Source: Eukaryota sp. GEM-RC1 (lineage: Eukaryota). From it: DNA of 64,000 nucleotides. The notes under the pieces are model-generated. The model was not told where the DNA came from, ran no database searches, and worked only from the letters and a program-made list of their open reading frames with translations. This document shows positions 1 to 11,377 of the stretch, one piece after another. Every line of letters begins with the position of its first letter. Positions within the stretch are counted from its first letter, which is position 1. Position numbers and translations under genes: made by a program. The DNA lies in contig JAUFOQ010000017.1 of NCBI GenBank assembly GCA_040285855.1, positions 930,001 to 994,000 on the forward strand, read 5' to 3'.

Positions 1-1
1 T

Positions 2-1534
2 TTCATAGATTCGCTCCTTCAACGATCTCTGCTATCCCAAAACTTCTCTCTACTTGACTCTACTTGGGTCTCGTCGTTCTCCTCTACTTGGGGGTTCTCC
101 TTGTCCGTTCAATCTATTGACAGCTCTCTACCTCTTGAATCCAATGACGTTTCCATTTCACTTTTGATCACTCCTAAATCAATATCCATTTCACCATTCA
201 CTCTTCCCAAGTCCATTCTTTCTGCTTTGTCTGCTTCAACTTCCCCAGTCTTCTGTCCTGGAGACGATGGGTTTGGCATACCCTGTAAGGTACTGCCTGC
301 AATGACTCAAGCCTTTGTTGTTGCTGTTTGTAGAGAAAAAGTGGAATCAAGTGAAAATAGCTTGGATCCAATAATAACTGAATTTTCAATTTCTGACATT
401 CGACATTTAATTATGTACTGGAAATTAATTCATAAAATTTCAGTTCCGGTGGATACTTTGTTTGCTGTAGCTAAGGTAGTGTTTCATCAATCATCTCAGG
501 CGCTGACGTATCCACTTTCCTGTTTGGTTTCACCACAATCAATCAAACCTTATGATGGAAATTTCCAAGTCTCACAGCTACTTGAATCCATTGCCAAGGT
601 GCTACCAATCAAAATCAGCTCAAAAATAGGTCAAAATTCTACGAATTCGTGGTCAAGTGCAAAACAAATTTCCTCATCGAGTACTTCCGAATTAATTTCC
701 TTTTCTAAAGCTTCTGGATTTACATCTGCTAGAAAGAAACTTAGTAATGAGTCTGTTTCAGAAAAGAAATCTGTTGCTGATGATTATTCACATGATGATT
801 CTAGTGAAAGTTTTAAAAATGCTGAAATTACCCACCAAATCGATGATTTTGATAGCCTTCCTAATCCAGAATCACCGTCCATTCCACAAGAAGTCGTCAG
901 AAGTCAAGCTCCGACACCTGTCACTACTGAGCCTTTGTCTGGTTTACGAGGATTAATGTACAGAAAACAGCAAGAAGCTCTGGTTAAGCCAATCAAACCA
1001 GTTAAAAACCCCACACAAAAAGAGTCCAAAATCACCATGCCAGTCACTAACAAAACCAGACCCTTGATTCCAAAGAAGATCGCACCTCCAATCAAGAAGA
1101 AGAATGTGGAAAGTACATCAAATGATTCCGTCAATGATGTTGAAGAATCAATTACTACCGATTCTCTTCCAAAGTCACCACCTTCTGATCAACTCATACT
1201 CAAGAGTTTCCTTCAAGGTTTAGGATCTCTCCAGTGCTTTTGTCGAAGTTCGATCGTGGAGAGTAGTGCTAGTAAAAGTAAGAGTAAAAGTAGTAATGCT
1301 AGTAAAAGTAGTGGTCGTCCAAAAGCAGAGAAGGTTTCGAAATCAAAGGCTACTGTCACCACAGCACCCTCTGTATCAGTTACTATAGAAGAAGTTAAGA
1401 AACTGATTAGTACGGGTAAGTTGGAGAAGTATACAATTGCCCAGCTGAAGGCTATTCTCAAAGACTTTGGTCTTAAAGTTGGTGGGAAAAAGGCAGAATT
1501 GTTGGGTAGAATTACGGAATATACTGGTGTATAA
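2..1534 (+). CDS. 5'-truncated C18orf63/DUF4708-like protein with C-terminal SAP domain
   Basis: Frame open from base 2. Motifs CKVLP, YWKLIH and LTYPLSC resemble C18orf63. The C-terminus KYTIAQLKAILKDFGLKVGGKKAELLGRI is SAP-like. Confidence 0.6.
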   Translation, partial: FIDSLLQRSLLSQNFSLLDSTWVSSFSSTWGFSLSVQSIDSSLPLESNDVSISLLITPKSISISPFTLPKSILSALSASTSPVFCPGDDGFGIPCKVLPAMTQAFVVAVCREKVESSENSLDPIITEFSISDIRHLIMYWKLIHKISVPVDTLFAVAKVVFHQSSQALTYPLSCLVSPQSIKPYDGNFQVSQLLESIAKVLPIKISSKIGQNSTNSWSSAKQISSSSTSELISFSKASGFTSARKKLSNESVSEKKSVADDYSHDDSSESFKNAEITHQIDDFDSLPNPESPSIPQEVVRSQAPTPVTTEPLSGLRGLMYRKQQEALVKPIKPVKNPTQKESKITMPVTNKTRPLIPKKIAPPIKKKNVESTSNDSVNDVEESITTDSLPKSPPSDQLILKSFLQGLGSLQCFCRSSIVESSASKSKSKSSNASKSSGRPKAEKVSKSKATVTTAPSVSVTIEEVKKLISTGKLEKYTIAQLKAILKDFGLKVGGKKAELLGRITEYTGV

Positions 1535-2839
1535 CTTTTTGATTCTGCATATCGACATTCAAATTGGTCGATTTCATTTTATTGATTTTTGTTATAATCC
1601 TTTTATGTATTTCAGTTCCATGTGCATTGAATATTGAGAAAGTACAATTACACTGTTGGAAATTGGTTCAGCTATGGTCAATACCAAAATGATTGGTGTT
1701 TATATCTAGCAGTGCTTGATTTTGACACTTTCCATCATTGATTGAAGTTGTTTTCAGAATATTAATTTTTTGTAATATGTCTTTGGGAGTTAAAGAACAG
1801 ATCAAATGATTCAATTATTTTGTGTTCTTTGATAGGCTTTTACGAGATGTCAGACTCAATTAGTTTTAGATTGTTATTATTACCTGTTTTTTTGATTGAA
1901 TCAAGTATTTTCTTTTAAATAAATCAAAGTGTATTTGTAACAAATAACTAAATATCGATAACCTAATTCCCGTCGACACAATCCTTATGTTTCCATCCAT
2001 TTCCTATTTCTCTTTACAAAAACGTTTGGGTCTTTCGAGCAACAATTTCTCACAGCTTTCGGCAAATTGTGGAAGCAGTATGGAAAGAATATTAATGACA
2101 GTAATTGGAGATGAAGGTTGTTATTTTGCCTTTTCAAAGCATTGTTTAGGTATCTTGATTCGATTTTGAACCGTCACTTTGCATTGAGACATGAATTTGG
2201 GATTATGCAGACGTATTAGTATATCATTTGTTAATATTGATGATAGTCTTTATTTGTAGGATTAAATAAAAGGTTTTTTTACTAATTGTCGTGAAAAGTG
2301 TAGAACCAATTGTGCATCCTATCCACAGTGTTCTCACCTCCATATTGTGAGTCTATAATAACAAGACTAAAGAAAATCTGGTTCATGTTACAATGCTCAA
2401 AACAATTCCACAGAGACTGATTGTTGTACAAGTGTACGTCTTTGTTAAAGACCTTGACAATGATTTCAGTTGAATAGATATAAACGATTATATACGGACA
2501 AACAACACCGACTTCATTATTATTGAGGGTTGTAAACAATTTACTAATTTCTAGCGCAAGTTTCTTTCAGAATTCTAACTTCCCATTTGATAACAACGAT
2601 GTATACAGAATGAAAAACCTTTGTAAGCAATGAACTTCAAAGAGGACAAAATCATAATATTTTTTAAAAAAAACTGGATGGTTTCGAGGCAAACATTTTG
2701 CTTTCGTGTCTAACTGTTTCTTAAAAAAATATAGTTTTGAAACAAAGTGTAAGGAGATCTTAAATTCATCAATTCAAATAACTGTTGCTTCTTTAACAAG
2801 AATGCACTGTTACAAATCCTCAAATACAGCATACTAAAT

Positions 2840-4927
2840 TTACATCTGTCTTTTAAATTCCTCCATCAACTCTCTCAATTTCTGTGCAAATCCCTCTGTA
2901 GGTTTAGTGACAACTGAAGAACCATCAATGGCATTTTGAAAACCAGAAAGAATTTCAATAGAATTCTGAGATGTAAAATCACACACAAACCTTCCCACCA
3001 TCGCCAAATCACCATCAATCAAATTATTTAAATATTTGGCACAATTTAAAACGGTATACTGATTGTACAGCTCAGTACGATCACCTTTGTCCTCACTCCA
3101 AGGATTCTCGACCCCCAAAATCAATCCTTGTATAGAGGTCAAAACACGCAATATAGACCCTTCTGACCCTGACCAGGAATCAATTGAATCTTCTCCTTTC
3201 CACGTGTTGATTAACGACATACAAACGTGACCATTTTCAAAAAGATGAGGGTTTAAATGTAAACCGAAAGAAATGAATTTTAAAATTGGCGGGGATTGCG
3301 GATAGTTACCAGGTAGAAACAGGTCAAAAACAAAAGGAATTGAGTGGTAACACGTTGATTTTGGTCCAATAATGACAGTTCTAAAGAAGCAAAGGTTTTG
3401 ACTTGATTGGAAAACGAAAATTCCTTCTGGGAGATTTGCAAGTTGTCTAATTTCAGAATTGATCCTCCGAATTAGAGCAATGTCAACTTTTTGATCTTTA
3501 ATCCAGGGAATATAGTCCATATCATTAGTAAATTCTGGAGGTAAAGGATCATCAGATACTGCGAAATTAGATGTTTTCCTTGTAGGAACATTGATTGATT
3601 GACTGGCATCACCAGCATCAGAAAGAGTCAAATCAATTTGATTGGCTTGATCTGATTTACTACCCTCAGATGATGAGCAATCACAATCTGATTCCGACTC
3701 CTCATCAGATTCTAACTCGTCATCAATGTCAATCACTGAAATCTTCAATGGATCTACATGGAACTCTTTAGAATCAACACCCACTACTATTGCTTTAAAA
3801 TCCGAGTCAAATCCAGAGAAAACTCCAAATAATTGATCGTCTTGATTAAATGAAACAATAGCAGAAGGTAATAGCTCAGTATTAAAACAAGTTAAATCAA
3901 ATAACTCTTTCTCTACTTCTTTTTTATCAGAATTCCAGCACTCAACAACACCACTTTTGGAGTCAACAGATTTGACCAGGAACAATTCAGCATCACTAGA
4001 TTTTACCAAAGTATTTGGATAAATATAATCAAAATCACAAGGATCTTCGATGCTCTTTAATTCAGTACCTTTAATCCATTGTTTTGACCCATCTTGAAAC
4101 TGACAGAATACTTTAGAACGTGTATTGGTAACTACGACGCCAGAAAGAGGAGTTGGAGAATCAGACCAATGGAGAACATCTCCTATAGAGATTGGTCCTG
4201 GTCCTGAAGAGTAGAATGAAGAGAGAGATGGGAAAAAGGAAATACGCGAATGGTGGACACTCCAAATCGAAGGGGAAGAGGCATCCCGAGGAGACAATGT
4301 ACGAATATCAATAAGCATGGGATTGATTGCAGTGATGACGTATTCCTGACATGGATTACTGTTGTCATTTACGAGATGTACGGGATGTCCAAGAACAGGA
4401 TCTAGAATACAACGTTTATCATGGCCAACATGACAAACGTCTTCAACATCAACACTTTTTAGTACCAAATCAGAATTTACCTTCTGTAGAGTGAGTTTGT
4501 GTGAAATGTCGTCAATGTCCACAAGTATGTTACGGTCTACAAGAACGGGGTACTGGAGATTGAAGAAGAGAAGGCTTAGGGAAGAGCAAGAAACGTTTTC
4601 GAAGATTTTTTGAGATTGGAAATGGTATACAGAACAAGTGATATCGTTCCTAAGTACTAGTCCTGGAAGGTCATTGTAGGTTACTAAATCTCCTGCAATG
4701 TAAGGTCTATCCAGTGTTTCAAGCTCACATAGTGGAACAATTTCATTTTGAAGTGAGATTGCTTTGTCAGTAAAGGAGAAGAACTCACATTTACATGTGG
4801 TTGGATCGGAAACAGGTACATAAGATGGACAATCACCATTATCAACATCATCATCATCATCAAACATGGCAAGTATGGTACCTAAACGGGAGGTTGGTGT
4901 GTGTAGAACAACATCATCTGTATACAT
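2840..4927 (-). CDS. UBE2O: UBE2O-like E2/E3 hybrid ubiquitin-conjugating enzyme
   Basis: 695-aa ORF. C-terminal UBC domain (IIGPKSTCY..FVFDLFLPGNYPQSPP..LNPHLFENGHVCMSLINTW) follows a long N-terminal extension. Confidence 0.8.
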   Translation of the reverse strand: MYTDDVVLHTPTSRLGTILAMFDDDDDVDNGDCPSYVPVSDPTTCKCEFFSFTDKAISLQNEIVPLCELETLDRPYIAGDLVTYNDLPGLVLRNDITCSVYHFQSQKIFENVSCSSLSLLFFNLQYPVLVDRNILVDIDDISHKLTLQKVNSDLVLKSVDVEDVCHVGHDKRCILDPVLGHPVHLVNDNSNPCQEYVITAINPMLIDIRTLSPRDASSPSIWSVHHSRISFFPSLSSFYSSGPGPISIGDVLHWSDSPTPLSGVVVTNTRSKVFCQFQDGSKQWIKGTELKSIEDPCDFDYIYPNTLVKSSDAELFLVKSVDSKSGVVECWNSDKKEVEKELFDLTCFNTELLPSAIVSFNQDDQLFGVFSGFDSDFKAIVVGVDSKEFHVDPLKISVIDIDDELESDEESESDCDCSSSEGSKSDQANQIDLTLSDAGDASQSINVPTRKTSNFAVSDDPLPPEFTNDMDYIPWIKDQKVDIALIRRINSEIRQLANLPEGIFVFQSSQNLCFFRTVIIGPKSTCYHSIPFVFDLFLPGNYPQSPPILKFISFGLHLNPHLFENGHVCMSLINTWKGEDSIDSWSGSEGSILRVLTSIQGLILGVENPWSEDKGDRTELYNQYTVLNCAKYLNNLIDGDLAMVGRFVCDFTSQNSIEILSGFQNAIDGSSVVTKPTEGFAQKLRELMEEFKRQM

Positions 4928-4977
4928 GTACTAGTAGCTGTTATATTCTAATTGAAGAATAACCTTGATCAATTCTT

Positions 4978-5100
4978 TAGGGCTGTTAATGGATGAAAAT
5001 CCATCCACCACATCCACCATCCATCCATAATGGATGAAAAACTTGAGATCCACGTGGATGGTGGATTCCAAACATCATCCATGGATATCCACTCATAAAA
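4978..5100. mobile_element. Solo end of hAT-like DNA transposon
   Basis: Starts TAGGGCTG, followed by clustered TCCA/TGGA subterminal repeats. No partner end found. Confidence 0.45.
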
Positions 5101-5340
5101 TTGTTTACCAATTTTCACTGACATTGTATTGTTTGTTTTTAAGACTATCTTTATTATCGTACTTCCATATCATTTAACAATAGACCGTGTACCTGTGGTA
5201 CTTGATTTGATTAACAACAGAAGTCTAGTTTAATTCAGTTTAAAAATTTAGGACGACTGGATTCTTTTGACTGTATTCCTCAATCAGAATCTATGGTTAA
5301 AAGCCTCGATGGAGGTCCAAAATCTAAAATCCCTCATATC

Positions 5341-5391
5341 AAAAAAAAACGGGGTTTATGATCAGTCAGTGAAATAAATGCATTTGCAGAA
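5341..5391 (-). repeat. Dispersed short repeat (putative retroelement 3' end)
   Basis: CGGGGTTTATGATCAGTCAGTGAAATAAATGCATT recurs near 17686 and, with one extra A, near 22787. Confidence 0.8.
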
Positions 5392-5625
5392 AATCCCTCA
5401 TATCTGGTAGATATTACACTTCAAGTTTGTTTATGTTTGGTTCTATTGAGTAACATAAGTATTATCTCTACTTGTGGAGTGTCATACCTCAATTATCACA
5501 CATATCACACTGTGATGTAATGGTGATATGTGATATGTGCGATTCACATGTCTCACAAAATGGAGAAAAGTGTGATACCTAAGTATCGTAAGAAAGTTTT
5601 ATTGATCAAGCAGCTAGAGTAAAAT

Positions 5626-5829
5626 TAATGCATTTGTGCAAGTTTGGTTTTGGTTCGGTTTTCCAAAAATGGGTTTAGGTTCCGCTAGTTTTTTAAGTTT
5701 TAGATTTAGGTTAACCTAGGTTTTTAAGTTTTAGGTTTAAGTTTAGCTACGTTTTGTTAAAAAAGGTTTAGGTTCAGCTAGGTTTAGTAAAAAAAGGTTT
5801 GGTTTGAAACCCGAACCTGCACAGTGCTA
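5626..5829. mobile_element. Degenerate hAT-type MITE with GGTTT subterminal repeats
   Basis: Right end CCGAACCTGCACAGTGCTA is an imperfect inverse of the left end TGCATTTGTGCAAGTTTGG. Confidence 0.5.
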
Positions 5830-5878
5830 ATTTACAGTTCATCAGTAATTGAAACTCGAATTGAAAAACACCGCCATA

Positions 5879-6669
5879 ATGTCTTCCTTTAAGCACCGCT
5901 TCTCTGGGAAGATCTCTGTTGTCACTAAAACAGGGGGTCTTGCAGGTCATATAACCAACTTATCCGCACAACAAAAATCCAAAAACTTCAATCGTGGGCC
6001 TCATTCTGCGGTTGCTCGTCTTGGTGGTCACTATGAAGATTTCATCACTAAAAAACCTCTCCCACCCAAGCCTCTGACACACCGTCCTACTGTATCTGAC
6101 CTTTCGATGTTTGTGAATAACGATAGATCTTCTCAGAACCAATTTCACCTTCCATCTGTTTCTGATTCGTCTTCTTTCACTTCTATAGACTATCATTCCT
6201 TCTCAAAGCCGCAATCTAGTCAGTCTGTGAGTCTCGCTGCTGCTGCCAATGTTAGACTTGGCAAAAAAGTAGACTATGAACCATATACACTAGAAGATTA
6301 CCGTCGCATTGCTCCCAAACAGTACATTGAACTGGGAAAACTGCAACCAAATCTAGAAACTGATGAACACAAAGCTAAGAAAGAAAAGTACGACAGAATG
6401 AAACAATATGGTTCTCTTTACACTGAACACAACAAAGCAATGCCCAAAAGACCTTCAATTCCCAAGAAACCGCCGAAACCCAAGTCAAAAGAGAAATCGC
6501 TCTGGAGTTTGCTGCTCGTTTACCACGACCTGTGAAACCTGCTGCCAAGGATCGTTCTAGTGAGAGTGTGCAATCAGAAGCTGTTCCTGATGATCTGGCA
6601 CGTTTGGAAGCTGTACATCAACAGGATAAATTAAATGTTAAGAACATTGAAAAAATGTTCTGTTTGTGA
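5879..6669 (+). CDS. JHY (C11orf63)-like ciliary protein; one frame break at 6487-6490
   Basis: DYEPYTLEDY..YIELGKLQPN..KYDRMKQY motif. Adding one A at TCAAAAG gives KSKREIALEFAARLPRP..IEKMFCL-stop. Confidence 0.6.
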
Positions 6670-7282
6670 GTTAATTGAAGTAAGTTGTCTTTTTATTGGA
6701 CACTTTTGTTTACTTTGGTATATCATGTCTAGGTGATTTATTGCAGAGTGTTATGCTCTTGCCTTTTTTGTATAAATATTGTATCTTTTTGTTGTTGTTG
6801 AATACGCTGATACTTGTACATATTAGAATTTTGGAAATCTTCACTATAAAATTGTTTTGATTATGTTACTGTTAGTTATGTTATGTTGGATGACGGGTAC
6901 TTATCATGATGTACACTCATTTATTGCAGTTGTTTTAAGAAGTATTACTTCATCTCTAAATTGGGAGACTAAATACAATCACTATTACTAATAAAAACTA
7001 TTAACTTTTCAAAAGCTGTTCAGTACCAAACTAAAAGAATAGAAATAATCTTAGTTGGTTTTAATCACACACTTCTAATGTACCGTTAGTATCAACAGAC
7101 ATACTACAGTATCATTATGTTCCCAAATACTGTCTCATTATTTGAACATTCCCAGAGGCCTTCAAATCAGTAAAACATAGCAGGATAGCACTGGGTTACA
7201 AGGTTGTATTAAGGAAGAAGTATCAATCAGATTGATTCAATCTTGAGTTTGTTAATTAGCTCATGAATAACCGCTCCTTGAT

Positions 7283-8659
7283 ATGTCTCCTTCAGAACCG
7301 TCCTTAAAACGTAGCCGTTCCTTGAAAGAACATGTATCAGACAAGCGTAATGGATCCTCTTGTAGTATCTCCTCTTCAAATCCTATCTCTGATCCAGCCT
7401 CTGCTTTGTACTCCCCCTTCGATTCTCCTTCCAGCCACTTGTCCTTCCAACAATCACTTCTCGTCCTGATACACCTTCATTTTCTGAGTCATCTGTTAAA
7501 ATCTTCTCTCGAATGGGATTGTGGTGAACCTCGTCGTGCTCTTCTTAACTTGAAGAAACATCTTCCTACGTTCTTCAACAAAGTTGGCTATGTAAGCCAT
7601 CATTTCTTTGAATCTGCTCTACTGTCAACCAAGGTGTACTTCCAAACAAACACGTTTCATATAGCTTCTTCTGACCTTCCTCAACTCCGTTCATTTGCTT
7701 CTTTCTTTGGAGCAGATGTACAGTCTGTTTTCTTTCACGTGAACAGGACTTTTAGAGTGGAAGAATTTCTTCGCTATTCTCCTGTTGTTTCTGGATTGGA
7801 ATTGGAATTAGAGAACGAAAATGATTTGGAGTTTCTTAACAAGTCATCATTTTTCTTTCCACTTCTTAAAGAACTTCATGTGTGTCTTCGTCATCGTTCT
7901 ACTATTTCTTTACCCTTGATCGAATTACTGAAAGCTAATGATACAGTTACAAGTATTGATCTGAGGAACAAATCTGTTAGAGATGAAGGTGCAAGAGCTC
8001 TGGCTGATGTGTTAAAAGTAAATAGTAGAGTTACCAGTATTGATTGTAGGGACAACTCTGTTGGCGATGAAGGTGCAAGAGCTTTGGCAGAGGCGTTGAA
8101 AGTCAATACTGCAGTTAAATGTATTGATTTGGGGAGCAACTCTATTGGAAGACAAGGTGCAAGAGCTTTGGCAGAGGCGTTGAAAGTAAATCCTACAGTT
8201 ACAAGTATTGATGTGTGGAACAACTATATTGGAGATGAAGGTGTAACAGCTTTGGCAGAGGCGTTGAAAGTTAATACTGCAGTTACTTGTATTAATTTGG
8301 GGAGCAACTCTATTGGAGATGAAGGTGCAAGAGCTTTGGCAGAGGCGTTGAAACTTAGTACTGCAGTCACAATTATTGACCTGTGGAACAATTCTATTGG
8401 AGATGAAGGTGCAAGAGCATTGGCTGAGGCCCTGAAAGTCAATACCACATTTACAAGTGTTGATCTAAGTGACAACTCTATTGGACATGAAGGTGCAAGA
8501 GCTTTGGCAGATGCGTTGAAAGTTAGTACTGCAATTTTATGCATTGATTTGGGGAGCAACTCTATTGGAAGCAAAGGTGCAAGAGCTTTGGCAGAGGCGT
8601 TGAAAGTTAATAGGACAATCAAAGTAGAAGGAGTACGTCAACTTAAACGGTATTTGTAA
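7283..8659 (+). CDS. RI/NLRC3-like leucine-rich repeat protein
   Basis: About eight 28-aa repeats IDLxxNSIGDEGARALAEALKVN (84-bp DNA repeats) after a family-specific N-terminal domain. Confidence 0.9.
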   Translation: MSPSEPSLKRSRSLKEHVSDKRNGSSCSISSSNPISDPASALYSPFDSPSSHLSFQQSLLVLIHLHFLSHLLKSSLEWDCGEPRRALLNLKKHLPTFFNKVGYVSHHFFESALLSTKVYFQTNTFHIASSDLPQLRSFASFFGADVQSVFFHVNRTFRVEEFLRYSPVVSGLELELENENDLEFLNKSSFFFPLLKELHVCLRHRSTISLPLIELLKANDTVTSIDLRNKSVRDEGARALADVLKVNSRVTSIDCRDNSVGDEGARALAEALKVNTAVKCIDLGSNSIGRQGARALAEALKVNPTVTSIDVWNNYIGDEGVTALAEALKVNTAVTCINLGSNSIGDEGARALAEALKLSTAVTIIDLWNNSIGDEGARALAEALKVNTTFTSVDLSDNSIGHEGARALADALKVSTAILCIDLGSNSIGSKGARALAEALKVNRTIKVEGVRQLKRYL

Positions 8660-8703
8660 GGTTTCCTAACTCTATCTATTTTACATAAATACATGTACAT
8701 TCT

Positions 8704-8852
8704 ACGGGGCGGGCTAAAAAGGTGAAATTAATCGTCTGAATTTCATTTGACTAACTAGGTGAAAAATCGATCAATGATCAAGAACTCTAAATGTGTAAGG
8801 GTGTAAGAGTTTCACCTTTTTAGCCATTATTTTCAAATTTTTAGCCAACCTG
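8704..8852. mobile_element. Small MITE-like inverted-repeat element
   Basis: GGCTAAAAAGGTGAAA (~8711) is inverted at ~8810-8825; the right end reads TTTTTAGCCAACCTG. Confidence 0.4.
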
Positions 8853-9199
8853 ATTTTTACGCATAGCTTTTTCTTTATTCAGAAGTTTATCAATTTATAT
8901 GAATGTTTGTTTAAGTTTAATTCTATTAGAACAAACTTTCTTTCCAACTTGGCTCAAATTGATGAAACTAAGATTACATATCATGATTTTACTTCGTCTG
9001 AAGTCACTGGGATAGGTTTCACCCATGCAAAGGGGAGACAAAAATTGATACCAAATCTATAGCAGATTGGATCCATCTACAATTACTGGAATTCAACAGA
9101 GTAATTCCCTCCACTGGAAACCGTTTCAACAATTCAAACAGAAAAATCTTGACGTCTCCTAGAAGAGCATAATTTCTGAAGCCCGACATGTGGGAATCT

Positions 9200-10170
9200 G
9201 AGTTTAAAAAGTATTTCATATCTACCATATGCTTGCTGCATGTAAATTACCAAATATATTCGCCGAGGAGTTTGAGCTCGTGGACTTTAATACTTGTATT
9301 AGCTTGGCCAAAACAAACAGTCCCGAACACGCTGGTGTTTTAATTGATTTTGCATTTGGATTTGTCTCTCAAATTTCTGTGGTGTTTGGATTATACTTTT
9401 CCGGCGAAGCTTGGATGATCAATATGCTTCTTCGATTAGCCATTTGGACTGCAATTTTATTATACTTTTCAACTTGCTCTGGTGGAGCTAATGATGCTTT
9501 TGATCATTAAATTAATTGTCGATATTATATTCACCTACGTTCAGTTATTCATGATCGTATACATGATTTTTGTTATTCCATGTTTAAAGCACATGGCTTC
9601 CACTCTAAAGTTGAATCAGTTTTGTTTTGAATCACCTTTCAAAAAATGAATTTACTGATGAAAATAGAGGGAAGCTTCATACTCCGTGGCTTAAATCGAG
9701 TCAATCATTAATGGAACATTTTACCACAGTAACAAATTTTGTGTTAGTATGAAATTAGATTCTTCTTTTACCGCTTAACAGCTGCTGGAAAGCTCAAACA
9801 CTCCAAGTATGACTCTTACGGAGAAGTATTAAATCGAAAGTCATATTCCAAAAATGTGGATGATCCTTTTGCTGTTTCTCTCATTGGAACAATTAGTCCT
9901 GGAGGTGATCAATCTTTAAAGGATTTTGAAGAACATTGTAAACAAAAGAAGTGTAAGTTTAGAATTGCTGAATGGAAAATCCTCTTCGAGTTTTTTTTGA
10001 AACATGCCGTTCTGTTTCGCTTGATTAGTTGGGAAACTGTACAAGTTTGGTGTGAAGGGTAATGTTTAAAAACGAAAAAAATTGCTGGATAGGGATGAAG
10101 TCGTTTGCTTTTAATCAATCTTAGTATTGTTTCATACTTGTGGGTCAGCTTTTTGAGTACCGTTTAAAGT
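9200..10170 (+). mobile_element. Decayed RLE-type non-LTR retrotransposon, 3' part
   Basis: Broken frames give a degenerate zinc knuckle (TCSGG..DH.INC), HDRIHD..SMFKAHG, KLKHSKY and PFAVSLIG. The 3' region is similar to 51660-51830. Confidence 0.6.
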
Positions 10171-10427
10171 TGGTGTTACTTTACAATATATATTTGTATA
10201 CTGTGATTTCCTCTCATTGTTGTTATTATTATTTGTTAGTTTTATCACTTAAATTAGGTCCCATCTTCTGCTTAACCAGCTTCCTTCATGTTTTCATCTA
10301 GATCAAATACATAAACAAAAGAACTTAAGATATAAGAGAGAATCTGCACAAACAACTCGTGGTTGTGTTCTTCTCAATATCAGTGGTAAAATATTAGAGT
10401 AGACACTACTATTATACTTGTAGTAGC

Positions 10428-11310
10428 TAGACCTGTGCACGACTCGACTCGACTCAACTCGACTAGAAATTTATCTGAGTCGACTCGACTCGGCTCTACG
10501 AATCGTGTAGTCGACTCGACTCGACTAATTATTTATCTGAGTCGACTCGACTCGGCTTTGAGTCGACTCGAGTCGACTATTGAGTAGCGACAGTAACAAT
10601 AGCCCAATCATTGAAATTCATTCGTCTAAATAAATGCAAAATGCAGGATTTTTTTATAACAAGAAACAAGAAAAGCTATTAGTATACAGTCTATAAGTAC
10701 TGAAGTAGCCTATAACGCAAATTCATCACCAAGAAAGATGCTCCATGACTGCAAACATGCAGATGCTCTAATATTTTCGTCACTCAAAGAACGAGAAAAC
10801 TCATGGTGGGGTACGATTCTCCCGAAATAGCTTCAGTGACAGCGAAGAACGGTTTAAGCAGTTCCAGGCCTTGATTGAGAGTAGATTTCTCATCTGGAGA
10901 AAGAGCTGAATTCTACAGGTCTTTGTTGGAGGTAAACACTCAAAGAGCAGAAACAAGAAACTGGTTTAACAGAAATCATTTGAGCACTACATGTAGTAAC
11001 GTTGTTAGTATACTACACTTGATTTTTTTAACCACAAAGACGAAAGTCAATTGGTGTTGTTTCAGCATTCAATCTTGAACTATTTAATGGAAGATAATAT
11101 ATATAAACCACATGTGGGATAATTTGATGCAACGTAATAAATGACTTGAGTCGACTCGACTCGGCTCAGACATTGTTTAAGTCGACTCGACTCGAGTTGG
11201 GAAAGAGATGAGTCGACTCGACTCAACTGCACTTTTTTACGAGTCGACTCGACTCAACTGATGTAGCGGAGTCGACTTAGTCGACTATTTGAGTCCATTG
11301 CACAGGTCTA
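10428..11310. mobile_element. Non-autonomous hAT element
   Basis: 12-bp TIR TAGACCTGTGCA/TGCACAGGTCTA; 8-bp TSD GTAGTAGC/CTAGTAGC (7/8 match); many GACTC/GAGTC subterminal pentamers. Confidence 0.85.
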
Positions 11311-11377
11311 CTAGTAGCAGATACTTCTTAAATAACACCACAAAAATCCAATCTACAAAAACCAGAATTCCGTCTTC

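Noticed and set aside
5640..5815. Interstitial telomeric repeats (TTTAGG-like)
   Set aside because: Irregular, not tandem, and bounded by inverted termini; better explained as MITE subterminal repeats.
7891..8622. Antisense ORFs over LRR repeats and other short opposite-strand ORFs in the track
   Set aside because: Shadows of real genes or repeats, with no independent motifs.
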